A DNA stretch of 64,000 nt from an uncultured Clostridia bacterium (GTDB lineage: Bacteria; Bacillota; Clostridia; TANB77; CAG-508): the NCBI GenBank assembly GCA_934130935.1, contig CAKOYQ010000008.1, positions 1,865-65,864 on the forward strand, read 5' to 3'. The notes below the pieces were generated by a model that was not told the origin of the DNA, did no database searches, and saw nothing but the letters and a program-made list of their open reading frames with translations. The position numbers were made by a program, and so were the translations under genes. Within the stretch, counting starts at the first letter, position 1. Each line of letters starts with the position of its first letter. Positions 43,057 to 53,955 of the stretch are shown one piece after another.

Positions 43057-44427
43057 ATGAGTACAATAGTATCAATATCTACAGCACCAGGTATTGGAGG
43101 TATAGGAATAATAAGAATGAGTGGAGAAAAAACATTTGAAATATTAGGAAAAATATTCAAGGCAAAAATACCAAAAAAAATAGAAGAAATAGATGGGTAT
43201 ACCATGAAATATGGGCATATTGTAGAAGATGATGAAATAATTGATGAGGTTTTAGTATCTTTTTTTAAATCGCCCAAAAGCTATACAACAGAAGATATGT
43301 GCGAAATTAATTCGCATGGGGGAAATGTAGTAGTTAAGAGAATTCTTGAATTATGTCTTAAGTATGGTGCAAATTTAGCGGAACCAGGAGGATTTACAAA
43401 AAGAGCATTTTTGAATGGGAGAATAGATTTAACACAAGCAGAGTCTGTTGTAGATATAATAAATGCAAAGTCAGATAAAGAGGCTAGAAGTGGAATAAAG
43501 CAACTGGAGGGATATTTATCAAAAGAAATAAAAAATATAAAAAAAGAAATATTAGATGTTCTTGTAAATATAGAAGTAACAATAGATTATCCTGAATATG
43601 ATACTCCAGAAGTTCAAGAAAACGAATTAAGGAAAATGCTTGATAGCGTAGGAGGTAAGCTAGAAAAATTAGAAAAGTCTTTTGATAATGGAAAAATAAT
43701 AAAAGAAGGAATAAAGACTACAATTATTGGAAAGCCAAATGCAGGAAAATCTTCACTTTTAAATGCTATATTAAAGGAAGATAGAGCGATCGTAACTGAT
43801 ATTGCAGGAACCACAAGAGATACAATAGAGGAGTATGTAACAGTTAATGGGGTTCCTTTAAAATTAGTGGATACTGCTGGAATAAGAAAGGCATCTGATG
43901 AGGTTGAAAAAATTGGAGTAGCGAAATCTTTAAAACAAGCGGAAGAATCTGATTTAATTATTGCAATTTTTGACAGTTCAATGCAATTAACAGAAGAGGA
44001 TATAGAGATTTTGGATTTAATAAAAAATAAAAAATCAATTATTTTATTAAATAAATCAGATTTAAATTCGAAAATTTCTGAAAAAGATGAAAGATTTACA
44101 TCTATTACTCCAAATATAATTAAGATTTCTGCATTAAATAAAACAGGAATAGATTTATTATACCAAAAAATTGCAGATATGTTTAATTTAAATGAGATTA
44201 ATTTGGAAAATGAAATATTAATTACAAATATACGTCACAAGAATATAATTTCAAAAGCCATAGAAAATGTTAGAAAGGCCATAGAGGCATTAAATATGAA
44301 TATGCCTATTGATATTATTACTATTTATATAAAAGACATTTTAGAGGATTTAGGAGAGATTACAGGAGAGGTTGTAACTGAAGATATAATTAATGAAATT
44401 TTTTCTAAATTTTGTTTAGGAAAATAA
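43057..44427 (+). CDS. mnmE: tRNA modification GTPase MnmE
   Basis: G-domain GKPNAGKSSLLN and DTAGIR, with C-terminal CxGK. Start set at MSTIVS (RBS AAAGGAGG). Confidence 0.95.
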   Translation: MSTIVSISTAPGIGGIGIIRMSGEKTFEILGKIFKAKIPKKIEEIDGYTMKYGHIVEDDEIIDEVLVSFFKSPKSYTTEDMCEINSHGGNVVVKRILELCLKYGANLAEPGGFTKRAFLNGRIDLTQAESVVDIINAKSDKEARSGIKQLEGYLSKEIKNIKKEILDVLVNIEVTIDYPEYDTPEVQENELRKMLDSVGGKLEKLEKSFDNGKIIKEGIKTTIIGKPNAGKSSLLNAILKEDRAIVTDIAGTTRDTIEEYVTVNGVPLKLVDTAGIRKASDEVEKIGVAKSLKQAEESDLIIAIFDSSMQLTEEDIEILDLIKNKKSIILLNKSDLNSKISEKDERFTSITPNIIKISALNKTGIDLLYQKIADMFNLNEINLENEILITNIRHKNIISKAIENVRKAIEALNMNMPIDIITIYIKDILEDLGEITGEVVTEDIINEIFSKFCLGK

Positions 44428-44615
44428 TTTGAAAAAACTAATAATAAAAAATATTATAGAGCCATCAGAATCAAAAATCAGACGTTTTGAAATAAAAAAC
44501 GGATAGTTTGTTGCAAAAAAACAAAAATACAAATATGACGATTTTGAAAACAAATAGACATATATGATGAAAAATAAAAATTAAAATAAGAAATAATAAG
44601 AAGGGAATGAAAAAA

Positions 44616-46499
44616 ATGAGTACATATTATGCGGGAGAATATGATGTAATAGTAATAGGAGCAGGACATGCAGGATGTGAAGCTGCGTTAGCATCAGCAA
44701 GACTTGGAATGAGAACAGCTATATTTTCAATAAGTTTAGAAGCTGTTGCAAATATGCCATGTAATCCACATATAGGTGGAAGTTCAAAAGGACATCTAGT
44801 AAGAGAAATAGATGCTTTGGGCGGAGAAATGGGGAAAAATATAGATAAAACAATGATTCAAATAAAAATGCTAAATACTTCAAAAGGTCCAGCTGTCCAT
44901 TCTTTAAGAGCGCAAGCAGATAGAAAAAAATACCAAATGGAGATGAAACATACTTTAGAACAACAAGATAATCTTGATGTTAAGCAAGCTGAAATAGTTG
45001 ACATAAAGATAGAAAATAATAAAGTTAAATCAATAGAAACGGATATTGGTGCAATATATAATGTAAAATCTATAATAGTTGCTACTGGAACATATTTAAA
45101 AGGAAAAATTTTCATAGGAGATTATTCAAAAGAAAGTGGCCCAGATGGCGTATTTCCAGCTAATAAGCTATCTGAATGTTTAAAAAAATTAGGTGTGAAT
45201 TTAGTTAGATTTAAAACTGGAACACCAGCAAGAATTAATAAAAAAAGTATAGACTTTTCAAAAATGGAAGTACAAAAAGGAGATACAGATATAATACCAT
45301 TTTCATTTGAAGATAAAATGAAAGAATTTGAACAAGTAGATTGTTGGTTAACTTATACAAATGCAGAAACTCGTAGAATAATAATGGAAAATTTACACAG
45401 ATCACCATTATATGCAGGAGAAATAGAGGGTACTGGTCCAAGATATTGTCCATCAATAGAAGATAAAATTGTTAGATTTGCAGATAAAGAAAGGCACCAA
45501 GTATTTGTAGAACCAATAGGAAGAGATACAGATGAAATGTATATACAGGGAATGAGTTCATCTCTTCCAGAAGATGTACAAATAGCAGTGTACAGGACAA
45601 TTCCTGGATTAGAGCAGTGTGAGTTTACGCGACCTGCATATGCAATAGAATATGATTGTATAGACCCAGCAGATTTAAAATTGTCATTAGAATATAAGAA
45701 AATTGATGGACTATTTTTTGCTGGTCAAACAAATGGAACATCAGGGTATGAAGAGGCTGCTTGCCAGGGATTAATTGCAGGAATAAATGCAACTCAAAAA
45801 ATTAAGGGGAAAGAACCAGTAATTTTAGATAGAACAGAAGCATATATAGGTGTTTTAATTGATGATATTGTTACAAAAGGAACAAATGAACCTTATAGAA
45901 TGATGACGTCAAGAGCAGAATACAGGCTACTTTTAAGACAAGATAATGCAGATTTGAGATTAACTGAAAAAGGATATGAAATTGGATTAATTTCAAAAGA
46001 AAGATATGCTAAATTTTTAGATAAGAAACAAAAAATAGAAACAGAAAAGAAAAGATTAGAAGATACTATAGTAAAACCAACACAAGAAGTTAATACTTTT
46101 TTAAAAGAGCATGGAACATCTGAATTAACTACAGGTTCAAGACTTTCAGAGTTATTAAAAAGAGCAGAAATTACATATGATTCACTTGCAATAATTGATA
46201 AAAACAGACCAGAACTAGGAGAGCAAGTCAAAGAAGAGGTTGAGATTCAGGTTAAATACAATGGATATATAAAGATGCAGGAAGAACAAGTGGAAAAGTT
46301 TAAGAAAATGGAAAAAAAGTTATTGCCTGAAGATTTAGATTATAACAGCATAAAAGGAATCAGTTTAGAAGCTAGGCAGAAGCTTAACAAGCATAAACCT
46401 AATTCAATAGGACAAGCTTCTAGAATTTCTGGAGTTTCTCCAGCTGATATATCTGTATTACTTGTATTTTTACGTACATTATCTAATAAAAATCTTTAA
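44616..46499 (+). CDS. mnmG: tRNA uridine 5-carboxymethylaminomethyl modification enzyme MnmG
   Basis: FAD-binding [16 protein letters not shown]. Start set at the second ATG ([10 protein letters not shown]) for proper RBS spacing. Confidence 0.95.
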   Translation: MSTYYAGEYDVIVIGAGHAGCEAALASARLGMRTAIFSISLEAVANMPCNPHIGGSSKGHLVREIDALGGEMGKNIDKTMIQIKMLNTSKGPAVHSLRAQADRKKYQMEMKHTLEQQDNLDVKQAEIVDIKIENNKVKSIETDIGAIYNVKSIIVATGTYLKGKIFIGDYSKESGPDGVFPANKLSECLKKLGVNLVRFKTGTPARINKKSIDFSKMEVQKGDTDIIPFSFEDKMKEFEQVDCWLTYTNAETRRIIMENLHRSPLYAGEIEGTGPRYCPSIEDKIVRFADKERHQVFVEPIGRDTDEMYIQGMSSSLPEDVQIAVYRTIPGLEQCEFTRPAYAIEYDCIDPADLKLSLEYKKIDGLFFAGQTNGTSGYEEAACQGLIAGINATQKIKGKEPVILDRTEAYIGVLIDDIVTKGTNEPYRMMTSRAEYRLLLRQDNADLRLTEKGYEIGLISKERYAKFLDKKQKIETEKKRLEDTIVKPTQEVNTFLKEHGTSELTTGSRLSELLKRAEITYDSLAIIDKNRPELGEQVKEEVEIQVKYNGYIKMQEEQVEKFKKMEKKLLPEDLDYNSIKGISLEARQKLNKHKPNSIGQASRISGVSPADISVLLVFLRTLSNKNL

Positions 46500-46544
46500 A
46501 AAAGAGTGTTTAATTAAATATATATAATAAAAGGAGAGTAAATA

Positions 46545-47267
46545 ATGGAAGAAGAAGAATTTTTTGAAAGTATTCAAAAAAAATCAGAAGATTTAAATAT
46601 TCATTTTTCTGTGGAGCAACAAGAACAGTTTTTCGAATATATGAAATTATTGATTGAGTGGAATAAAAAAATGAATTTGACAACTATTGTTGAACCAGAA
46701 GAGATTATTTTGAAGCATTTTATAGATTCAATTACAATTTTAAAAGAGATAAAAGATAATTCAAAATTAGTTGATGTGGGAACTGGTGCAGGATTTCCAG
46801 GTATCCCTCTTAGCATTATGAATTCTACAATTAAAACAACTCTTGTAGATTCACTAAATAAAAGATTGATTTTTTTACAAGAGGTAGTTGAACATTTAGG
46901 GTTAAAAAATATAGAAATAATTCATGCAAGAGCTGAAGATTTAGGCCAAAACAAAAAGTATAGAGAAAGTTTTGATGTTGCAACATCACGAGCTGTAGCA
47001 AATTTATCTACATTATCAGAGTATTTAATACCGCTTGTGAAAATTAATGGAAAAGTTATTAGTATGAAAGCGGCTAATGCACAAGAGGAAATAAATCAAG
47101 CTAAAAAGGCTATAGAGATATTAGGAGGGCGAATAGAAAAAATTGATGAATTTTATTTACCACAGAGTAATATAAAAAGAACAATAATAGTTATTGATAA
47201 GAAAAAGATTACTCCTAATAAGTATCCAAGAAAGGCTGGAATACCAAGCAAAGAACCAATCCAATAG
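46545..47267 (+). CDS. rsmG: 16S rRNA m7G527 methyltransferase RsmG
   Basis: VDVGTGAGFPGIPL SAM-binding motif. Confidence 0.95.
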   Translation: MEEEEFFESIQKKSEDLNIHFSVEQQEQFFEYMKLLIEWNKKMNLTTIVEPEEIILKHFIDSITILKEIKDNSKLVDVGTGAGFPGIPLSIMNSTIKTTLVDSLNKRLIFLQEVVEHLGLKNIEIIHARAEDLGQNKKYRESFDVATSRAVANLSTLSEYLIPLVKINGKVISMKAANAQEEINQAKKAIEILGGRIEKIDEFYLPQSNIKRTIIVIDKKKITPNKYPRKAGIPSKEPIQ

Positions 47268-47297
47268 ACGAGAAATTGTAAAAAAATAGATTCTAAA

Positions 47298-47587
47298 AAT
47301 AAGTTGTACACTTGAATTTGTAACCTACAGCAGTGCCTATAAATCCAATGCATAAAATAAATGAAGGATTTTGTGTATCTAATCTTAACACTAGAAGTTT
47401 TTATAGAATCAAATGAGGAATGTTCACGGGCAAACTTAAGGATAAGTTTGGGCCTGAGTGAAAGAGGCTCATTTGATTCTATTAGAACTTCTGTGGTAAG
47501 ATTGGCTTACCCAAAATCTGGAATGTTTTTTATGCATTGGATTTATAGGCACTGCTGTAGGTTACAAATTCAAGTGTACAACTTATT
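47298..47587. mobile_element. MITE-like 290-bp element: 60-bp perfect terminal inverted repeats (47298-47357 / 47528-47587) around a 170-bp structured core
   Basis: Arms verified base by base as exact reverse complements. Track ORFs 47153..47353(-) and 47361..47612(+) both read MHWIYRHCCRLQIQVYNL through the arms, so they are artefacts. Confidence 0.8.
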
Positions 47588-47714
47588 ATTTAAAAACAAA
47601 AAAATGAATTAAAAATATAAAATCTATTGACATATTTTTAAAAATTATATATCATTATAATGAAATTTTACAAAAGTAAAATCTATGCTTTTAAAGAAAG
47701 GAATGACGTAAAGT

Positions 47715-48476
47715 ATGGGAAAAGTAATATCAGTGGCAAATCAAAAAGGTGGAGTCGGAAAAACAACAACAACAGTTAATTTAAGCACTTTATTAGCTAA
47801 AAAAGGAAAAAAAGTATTGTTAATAGATACTGATCCACAAGGAAATGCAACAAGCGGATTAGGAGTTACTAAAGAGTTGGAAAATTCGGTATATGACATA
47901 TTAGTTGGTGAAATAGGATTTGATGAGACAATACAAGAAACAGCAATTAAAAATCTAAAAATTTGTCCATCAAACATAAGTTTGGCGGGTGCTGAAGTAG
48001 AGCTTGTTTCTATGATGTCCAGAGAACAAAGACTAAAAACAAAATTAGATGTAATTAAAGATCAATATGATTACATATTAATAGATTGTCCGCCATCTTT
48101 AGGATTAATAACATTAAATGCATTTACTGCATCAGATAGTGTTTTAATACCAGTACAATGTGAGTATTTTGCTCTTGAAGGATTAGGACAATTATTAAAT
48201 ACTGTAAATTTAGTAAAAAAACACTTAAATAAAAATTTGGAAATAGAAGGAGCTTTATTAACAATGTATGATGCGAGGACAAATCTTTCTAACCAAGTAG
48301 TAAAAGAAGTTAAAAAATATTTTGAGAATAAAGTATATAAAACAGTAATACCAAGAAATGTAAGATTAAGTGAGGCTCCAAGTTATGGAATGCCAATTTC
48401 TATATATGATGCAAGATCTAAAGGAGCTAAGGCATATGACAAACTGACAAAAGAATTTTTGAAGAATAATGCATAA
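47715..48476 (+). CDS. soj: Chromosome partitioning ATPase ParA/Soj
   Basis: Deviant Walker A KGGVGKTTT. Confidence 0.95.
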   Translation: MGKVISVANQKGGVGKTTTTVNLSTLLAKKGKKVLLIDTDPQGNATSGLGVTKELENSVYDILVGEIGFDETIQETAIKNLKICPSNISLAGAEVELVSMMSREQRLKTKLDVIKDQYDYILIDCPPSLGLITLNAFTASDSVLIPVQCEYFALEGLGQLLNTVNLVKKHLNKNLEIEGALLTMYDARTNLSNQVVKEVKKYFENKVYKTVIPRNVRLSEAPSYGMPISIYDARSKGAKAYDKLTKEFLKNNA

Positions 48477-48522
48477 ACTTTAAAATGTGAAAAATTGAAT
48501 AAAAAGATTAGGGGGAATAACT

Positions 48523-49401
48523 ATGCCAAAAAAGACAGGATTAGGTAAAGGGTTAGATGCATTATTTGGTGGTGCACCAATAGAAATGCAAAATAACAAT
48601 AATAATAATGATACAGAAGAACTAGAAAATAACGAAAATTTAAAAACTTTAAAAATAACAGAAGTTGAACCTAATAGAGATCAACCAAGAAAAAACTTTA
48701 AACAAGAGGCTTTAGAGGAATTAGCAGAATCAATAAAAACATATGGTATAATACAACCGATTGTTGTTTCTAAACAAGATGGATATTATGGTATTATTGC
48801 AGGAGAAAGAAGATGGAGAGCTGCTAAGCTTGTAGGATTGGAAGAAATTCCAGCAATAGTAAGAGAATCAGATGAACAAACAAATAAAGAAATTGCTTTA
48901 ATAGAAAATATACAAAGAGAGGATTTAAATCCTTTTGAAAAAGCGTTAGGTATACGTCATTTAATGGAAAAATACGGATTGACACAAGAACAGGTTTCAA
49001 AGAAATTGGGAAAAAGTAGAAGTAGTATTTCTAATACAGTTAGAATATTATATTTAGCTCCAGATGTATTAGAATTAGTAAAACAGGGTAAATTAACAGA
49101 AGGACATTGTAAAGCATTAGCAGGAATAGAAGATGCAGATCGTCAATATGCAGCAGCTCTTAGAATGATTGATAGAGGAGAATCTGTAAGGCAAGCAGAA
49201 AGTAAAAATAGAATAACTAAAAACGAAAAAAAGATTGATCCTAAGTATAAATATTTGTATGAAGATATTGAAGATAGATTTCAAGGTTTTTTTGGAACAA
49301 AAGTTAAATTAGATCAAGGAAAAAGAAAAGGAAGAATTATAATAGAATATCATAATAATGAAGATTTAGAAAGAATGTTAAATTTAATTAAGGAAAATTA
49401 A
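48523..49401 (+). CDS. spo0J: Chromosome partitioning protein ParB/Spo0J
   Basis: ParB box GERRWRAA and an HTH. Confidence 0.95.
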   Translation: MPKKTGLGKGLDALFGGAPIEMQNNNNNNDTEELENNENLKTLKITEVEPNRDQPRKNFKQEALEELAESIKTYGIIQPIVVSKQDGYYGIIAGERRWRAAKLVGLEEIPAIVRESDEQTNKEIALIENIQREDLNPFEKALGIRHLMEKYGLTQEQVSKKLGKSRSSISNTVRILYLAPDVLELVKQGKLTEGHCKALAGIEDADRQYAAALRMIDRGESVRQAESKNRITKNEKKIDPKYKYLYEDIEDRFQGFFGTKVKLDQGKRKGRIIIEYHNNEDLERMLNLIKEN

Positions 49402-49495
49402 CAAAGTAAACATAAAACCAAAATGAAAAATAATTGCAAAAAAGTATTGACAAGCGGCAGCAAAATGTGTTAAGATTATTACTGTCGCGAGACAT

Positions 49496-49587
<92 letters not shown>

Positions 49588-49702
49588 AAAGAATAAAAGG
49601 GCATATCATCTGAAAAAGTGATATGTTTTTTATTAAAAAATATGTTGACTCATTTTTAAAAATATATTATAATAAAAATTGTTTACTGGATTTATTATAT
49701 TT

Positions 49703-49792
49703 GGAGATGTACCCAAGTGGTGAAGGGGACTGTTTGCTAAACAGTTAGGTCGGTAACACGGCGCGGAGGTTCGAACCCTCTCATCTCCGCCA
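49703..49792 (+). tRNA. tRNA-Ser (anticodon GCU), long variable arm
   Basis: GGAGATGTACCCAAGTGG...anticodon loop TTGCTAA...GGTTCGAACCC...CCA. Confidence 0.75.
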
Positions 49793-50009
49793 AAAAATAA
49801 AAAAGATATGGGAATTTTAAGATTTCTATATCTTTTTTTAATAGAAACAATATCAAAATATGCTTAAAATGACAAAATTTTGCAAAAAACTTGCAAAAAA
49901 TTAATAGATGTTTTATAATGAAAGAAGAAAGGTATATAATATTAAGTTATTTACATTCTGGAAGAACCAGATTATAATAAATAAAGTAAAATAAAAAGGA
50001 GGAGAAGAT

Positions 50010-50372
50010 ATGAGCACAAAAACAATGAAAATATTAACAACAATCGCAACAATATTATTAATTATATCTATGGGAGCTTCTGTTGTATATGCGGATGGAA
50101 TTACTCCAGATAAATTAAAGCCATCATATCAAGGAACAGGAGATATACAAACTGTTGGGCAAAAAATAATGGGAATTATAAATACAGTTGGAGTTGTCAT
50201 TGCTGTTGTAATATTAATGATATTAGGTATAAAATATATGATGGGTTCTGCGGAAGAAAAAGCAGAATACAAGAAAACAATGATTCCATATATTATTGGT
50301 GCTGTATTGATATTTGGTGCAACAACTATAGCAAATGCAGTATATAATTTTGCAAATGGTTTAAATAGTTAA
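50010..50372 (+). CDS. VirB2/TrbC-like pilin-family protein (signal peptide + two hydrophobic helices)
   Basis: TTGCAA-17-TATAAT promoter at about 49888 and RBS AAGGAGG. C-terminal helix region matches the paralogs at 63088 and 63735. Confidence 0.55.
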   Translation: MSTKTMKILTTIATILLIISMGASVVYADGITPDKLKPSYQGTGDIQTVGQKIMGIINTVGVVIAVVILMILGIKYMMGSAEEKAEYKKTMIPYIIGAVLIFGATTIANAVYNFANGLNS

Positions 50373-50477
50373 TAAAAATTAAAAAACTTAAAAAAAAAAA
50401 TCGATAAATACTTCCATTTATCGATTTTTTTTGCTATAATAAAATAAGATAATTGTATAAAAACAAAGGAGGAAGAT

Positions 50478-50825
50478 ATGGGAACATATAATTTACCAAG
50501 AAATGTAAAAGGAGAAGGAAGAATACTGTTTATATTTTCGACAAAATCATTAATAACAACTTGCATTGGATGTGCAGTAGGACTTGTATTTTATTTTATA
50601 TTCAAGCTTTTAGGATTGACAATGGTGGGTTTCATAATAACATTAATTTTTGCTCTAATAGGATATTCAATAGGAATGTTTAAGATACCAGATAATAATG
50701 GATTTGAGTTGACCAAAAAGACAGGTGGAGAGAATATAGATGATGTTATAATAAGGTATATAAAATTTAAAAGAAATAATAAAAAATTATATGTATATAC
50801 AAAGGAGGAAAAGTCAAATGGATAG
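50478..50825 (+). CDS. TcpE-family / VirB3-like membrane protein
   Basis: Two TM helices, 115 aa, immediately upstream of the VirB4 module. Confidence 0.55.
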   Translation: MGTYNLPRNVKGEGRILFIFSTKSLITTCIGCAVGLVFYFIFKLLGLTMVGFIITLIFALIGYSIGMFKIPDNNGFELTKKTGGENIDDVIIRYIKFKRNNKKLYVYTKEEKSNG

Positions 50826-52029
50826 TCAATCAACTACACAAATTGTAAGTGTACTTTCAATTTTTTTAATCTTAATTGTTGTAGCAATAATTGCGTTAAT
50901 ATCTTTTTTAGTATATCTTCATTTTAAAGAAAAAAGAGAAAAAGGAACTGATAAAAATGAGAATGTAAGTTCCAATGAGAAAAATACAAAAGCACAAAAT
51001 AAACAATCAATTTTTAATTTCATGGAATTTGATACAGTAAGAGATAATATGATTATACAAAAAAATGGTAACAGATATTTAATGGTAGTAGAATGTCAAG
51101 GGATAAATTATGATTTAATGTCAGGAGTAGAAAAAACTAGCGTAGAAGAAGGATTTGTACAATTTTTAAATACATTAAGACATCCTGTACAGATATATAT
51201 CCAGACAAGATCAATTAATCTTGAATCAAGTTTGTCTGTATATAGAGAAAAGGTAAAAGCTGTAGAAATGAAATTAACAAATATGCAAATGCAGTATGAA
51301 CAAATGAGGGAATCAGGAGAATACTCAGAAGAACAATTAAGAAGAGCATTTTTTGAAGTTACAAAACAAGCCAATTTATATGAATATGGAAAATCAGTAT
51401 TGCAAGATACTGAAAGAATGAGTTTAAATAAAAATATATTAAATAAAAAATATTATTTAGTAATTCCATATTATTCAGCTGAAGCTGCAAATGATAATTT
51501 AGATAAAGCTGAGTTAGAGGGTATTGCTTTTTCAGAATTATATACAAGAGCACAATCATTAATAAGATCGATTTCAATATGTGGTGTTAGAGGAAAGATA
51601 CTTAAATCAAACGAACTGATTGAATTGCTATATATGGCATATAACAGAGATGAAGCAGAGACTTTTGGATTAGACAAAGCGATGAAAGCAGGTTATGATG
51701 AAATTTATGTAACAGCACCAAATGTATTGAAGAAAAAGATGGCAGAGATAGATAAAATGATAGAAGATAGAGCAGTTAAAATGGCAAATATGAAAGTGGA
51801 TGAAGCTAAAACAGAACTAGAAAGACAAGTTGAAGAAAAAGAAAACAACATGGATGATTTAATTGCACAAATGGCAAAAATTATTATACAAGAAAATGAG
51901 CAATACTTAGGAACAGAATTAACAGACAAAGCGATTGAGAAAATAGATGATGAAAAGACAAAAGAAGGAGGTAATGCAAATGAGAAAAGAAAAACGACAA
52001 GAGGTAGAAAAAAGACAACAGCCAAATAA
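50818..52029 (+). CDS. TrsD-like membrane-anchored protein carrying a VirB4 N-terminal-like domain
   Basis: RBS AAGGAGG 8 nt before ATG 50818 (the track start 50791 overlaps the previous gene). N-terminal TM. The FDTVRDNMIIQKNGNRYLMVVECQGINYDL region is paralogous to ORF 32419..32994. Confidence 0.5.
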   Translation: MDSQSTTQIVSVLSIFLILIVVAIIALISFLVYLHFKEKREKGTDKNENVSSNEKNTKAQNKQSIFNFMEFDTVRDNMIIQKNGNRYLMVVECQGINYDLMSGVEKTSVEEGFVQFLNTLRHPVQIYIQTRSINLESSLSVYREKVKAVEMKLTNMQMQYEQMRESGEYSEEQLRRAFFEVTKQANLYEYGKSVLQDTERMSLNKNILNKKYYLVIPYYSAEAANDNLDKAELEGIAFSELYTRAQSLIRSISICGVRGKILKSNELIELLYMAYNRDEAETFGLDKAMKAGYDEIYVTAPNVLKKKMAEIDKMIEDRAVKMANMKVDEAKTELERQVEEKENNMDDLIAQMAKIIIQENEQYLGTELTDKAIEKIDDEKTKEGGNANEKRKTTRGRKKTTAK

Positions 52030-53941
52030 CAATGAACCACAATTATTAAAAAGACAAACAATAAAAGAATTGATTGCACCTTCTGGAATTGATGCAAGTA
52101 ATATAGATCATTTGGAAATAATTTCAAATGTAAAAAAATATGCAAGAAGCTTTTTTGTATCTACATTACCAAGAATGTGTACATTTCCCGAATTATTTAG
52201 AGATATGTATTTTTTCGGTGATATAAATACATCAATATATATAAATCCTATACAAGAAGCTAGATCACAAAATCAGTTGAACAAAGTTATTAATGAACTA
52301 GAAACTGAAAGAATAGTTGCAGCAGACAGAGGAAACATAAATAGAGAAAGTAATTTAACACAAAAAAGATTTGAGGCAGAGCAATTAAGAGATGAAATTG
52401 CTGCAGGATATAATAAATTATATGAAGCATCTGTTGTTGCTACAATTTTTACATATAACTTAAGTGATCTTGATAGACTTACCAAATTATTAGCAACTGA
52501 AATGTCAAAATCATTAGTAGGAATAAAAACCTCATGGGCAATGCAAGAAGATGCATTTAAATCCAATGTACCATTAATGGAGGACAAAATTAAAAAAACA
52601 CACACATTTGATAGGCGTTCAATGTCGACAGTATTTCCATTTGTAACGTCAGAAGTTGGACACTCAACAGGAATACCATTAGGATTTAACAAACAAACAG
52701 GGACACCAATATTATTTGATAATTTCCATAGTTCACTTACAAATTATAATATGGTAATATTTGCAAAATCTGGTGCTGGTAAATCTGTAACGATGAAGAC
52801 ATTAATAAGTAGATCATCATTATTAATGGGAATTGAAAGTTTAGCACTAGATGCCGAGGGAGAATATGAGATAGTAGCAGAGTCTTTAGGTGGCATTAAT
52901 GTAGTGCTTAGTCCAAATTCTAAAACAGTTATAAATTTGTTTGATGTAGAAACTGAAACAGCCAAAGATGAGATAACAGGAAGAGAAAGGTTAGTACTTA
53001 ATATTGAAAATAAAGTTGAAGACGTTACACAATCATTATTAACAATGGCAAGAGGAAGCACAAGAAGTACAGAAGTAAATGAGTTGACAAAACAAATTAT
53101 AGCAGAATCAGTTGCAGAGGAATATGCTGCATTGGGAATAACAGGTGACCCTAATAGTTTGTATGAAGCAACAAGCAATTTCAATAGGGGTGATAAGTTA
53201 TATAGAGAAAAGAAAAAAATGCCAACAATAGGGTCTTGGTATAGAAGGATACAAGCGAAAGCACAAGATAATTTAAATGATGATTATAGGTATCATTATA
53301 GTTACTTATTAAAAGTAATGAAGCAATATATAAGAGAATATAATGGTCAAATGGCTTATTTTGATGGACAATCTACATTTGAATTACTTGAAGGAGCACC
53401 ATTTATAAATTTAGACATATCTCAATTAGAGGAAAAATTTGCAAGACCACTTGCACAACAAATTCTTTTAACTTGGATATGGGAAAAATTTGTTAAGAAA
53501 AATAGTGAAGATAGGAGTAAAGCTACAAAGAAAAGAGTAATTGTAGATGAGGCTTGGATGTTACTTCCATACCCAGAGGCTGTTGACTTTTTAAATACAA
53601 TGGCAAGACGTGCAAGAAAAAGAAATGTTTCTCTTGCGGTAGTTTCACAAAGATTTCAAGATTTTTATGAGAGACCAGAAGCACAGGCAGTACTTACATC
53701 TTCTGATACGAAATTATTTTTAGCACAAGATAAATCGGAAATACAATATTTAAAAGAAGTATTTAAATTAAGCGAAGGAGAATCAAGTTTCTTAGTAACT
53801 TGTGGAAAAGGTGAAGGTTTGTTGAAGGTTGGACCTGAGTCTGCTATTTTACAGATTACACCTACCCAAAAGGAATTTGAGTTTGTTGAAACTAACTTGA
53901 ATAAGTTAGTAAATAAAAGAAGAGTAGTAGGAAATCTTTAA
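51980..53941 (+). CDS. VirB4/TrsE/TraE-like conjugation ATPase, 653 aa
   Basis: RBS AAGGAGG then ATG 51980. Motifs LIAPSGID, Walker A IFAKSGAGKSVT, DAEGEY, Walker B VDEAWMLL and VSQRFQD. Confidence 0.8.
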   Translation: MRKEKRQEVEKRQQPNNNEPQLLKRQTIKELIAPSGIDASNIDHLEIISNVKKYARSFFVSTLPRMCTFPELFRDMYFFGDINTSIYINPIQEARSQNQLNKVINELETERIVAADRGNINRESNLTQKRFEAEQLRDEIAAGYNKLYEASVVATIFTYNLSDLDRLTKLLATEMSKSLVGIKTSWAMQEDAFKSNVPLMEDKIKKTHTFDRRSMSTVFPFVTSEVGHSTGIPLGFNKQTGTPILFDNFHSSLTNYNMVIFAKSGAGKSVTMKTLISRSSLLMGIESLALDAEGEYEIVAESLGGINVVLSPNSKTVINLFDVETETAKDEITGRERLVLNIENKVEDVTQSLLTMARGSTRSTEVNELTKQIIAESVAEEYAALGITGDPNSLYEATSNFNRGDKLYREKKKMPTIGSWYRRIQAKAQDNLNDDYRYHYSYLLKVMKQYIREYNGQMAYFDGQSTFELLEGAPFINLDISQLEEKFARPLAQQILLTWIWEKFVKKNSEDRSKATKKRVIVDEAWMLLPYPEAVDFLNTMARRARKRNVSLAVVSQRFQDFYERPEAQAVLTSSDTKLFLAQDKSEIQYLKEVFKLSEGESSFLVTCGKGEGLLKVGPESAILQITPTQKEFEFVETNLNKLVNKRRVVGNL

Positions 53942-53955
53942 TTCGAGGAGGAATA

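Noticed and set aside
47153-47612. Two ORFs (66 and 83 aa) each ending in or starting with MHWIYRHCCRLQIQVYNL
   Set aside because: Both arise from the two 60-bp inverted arms of the MITE-like element and are mirror images, not genes.
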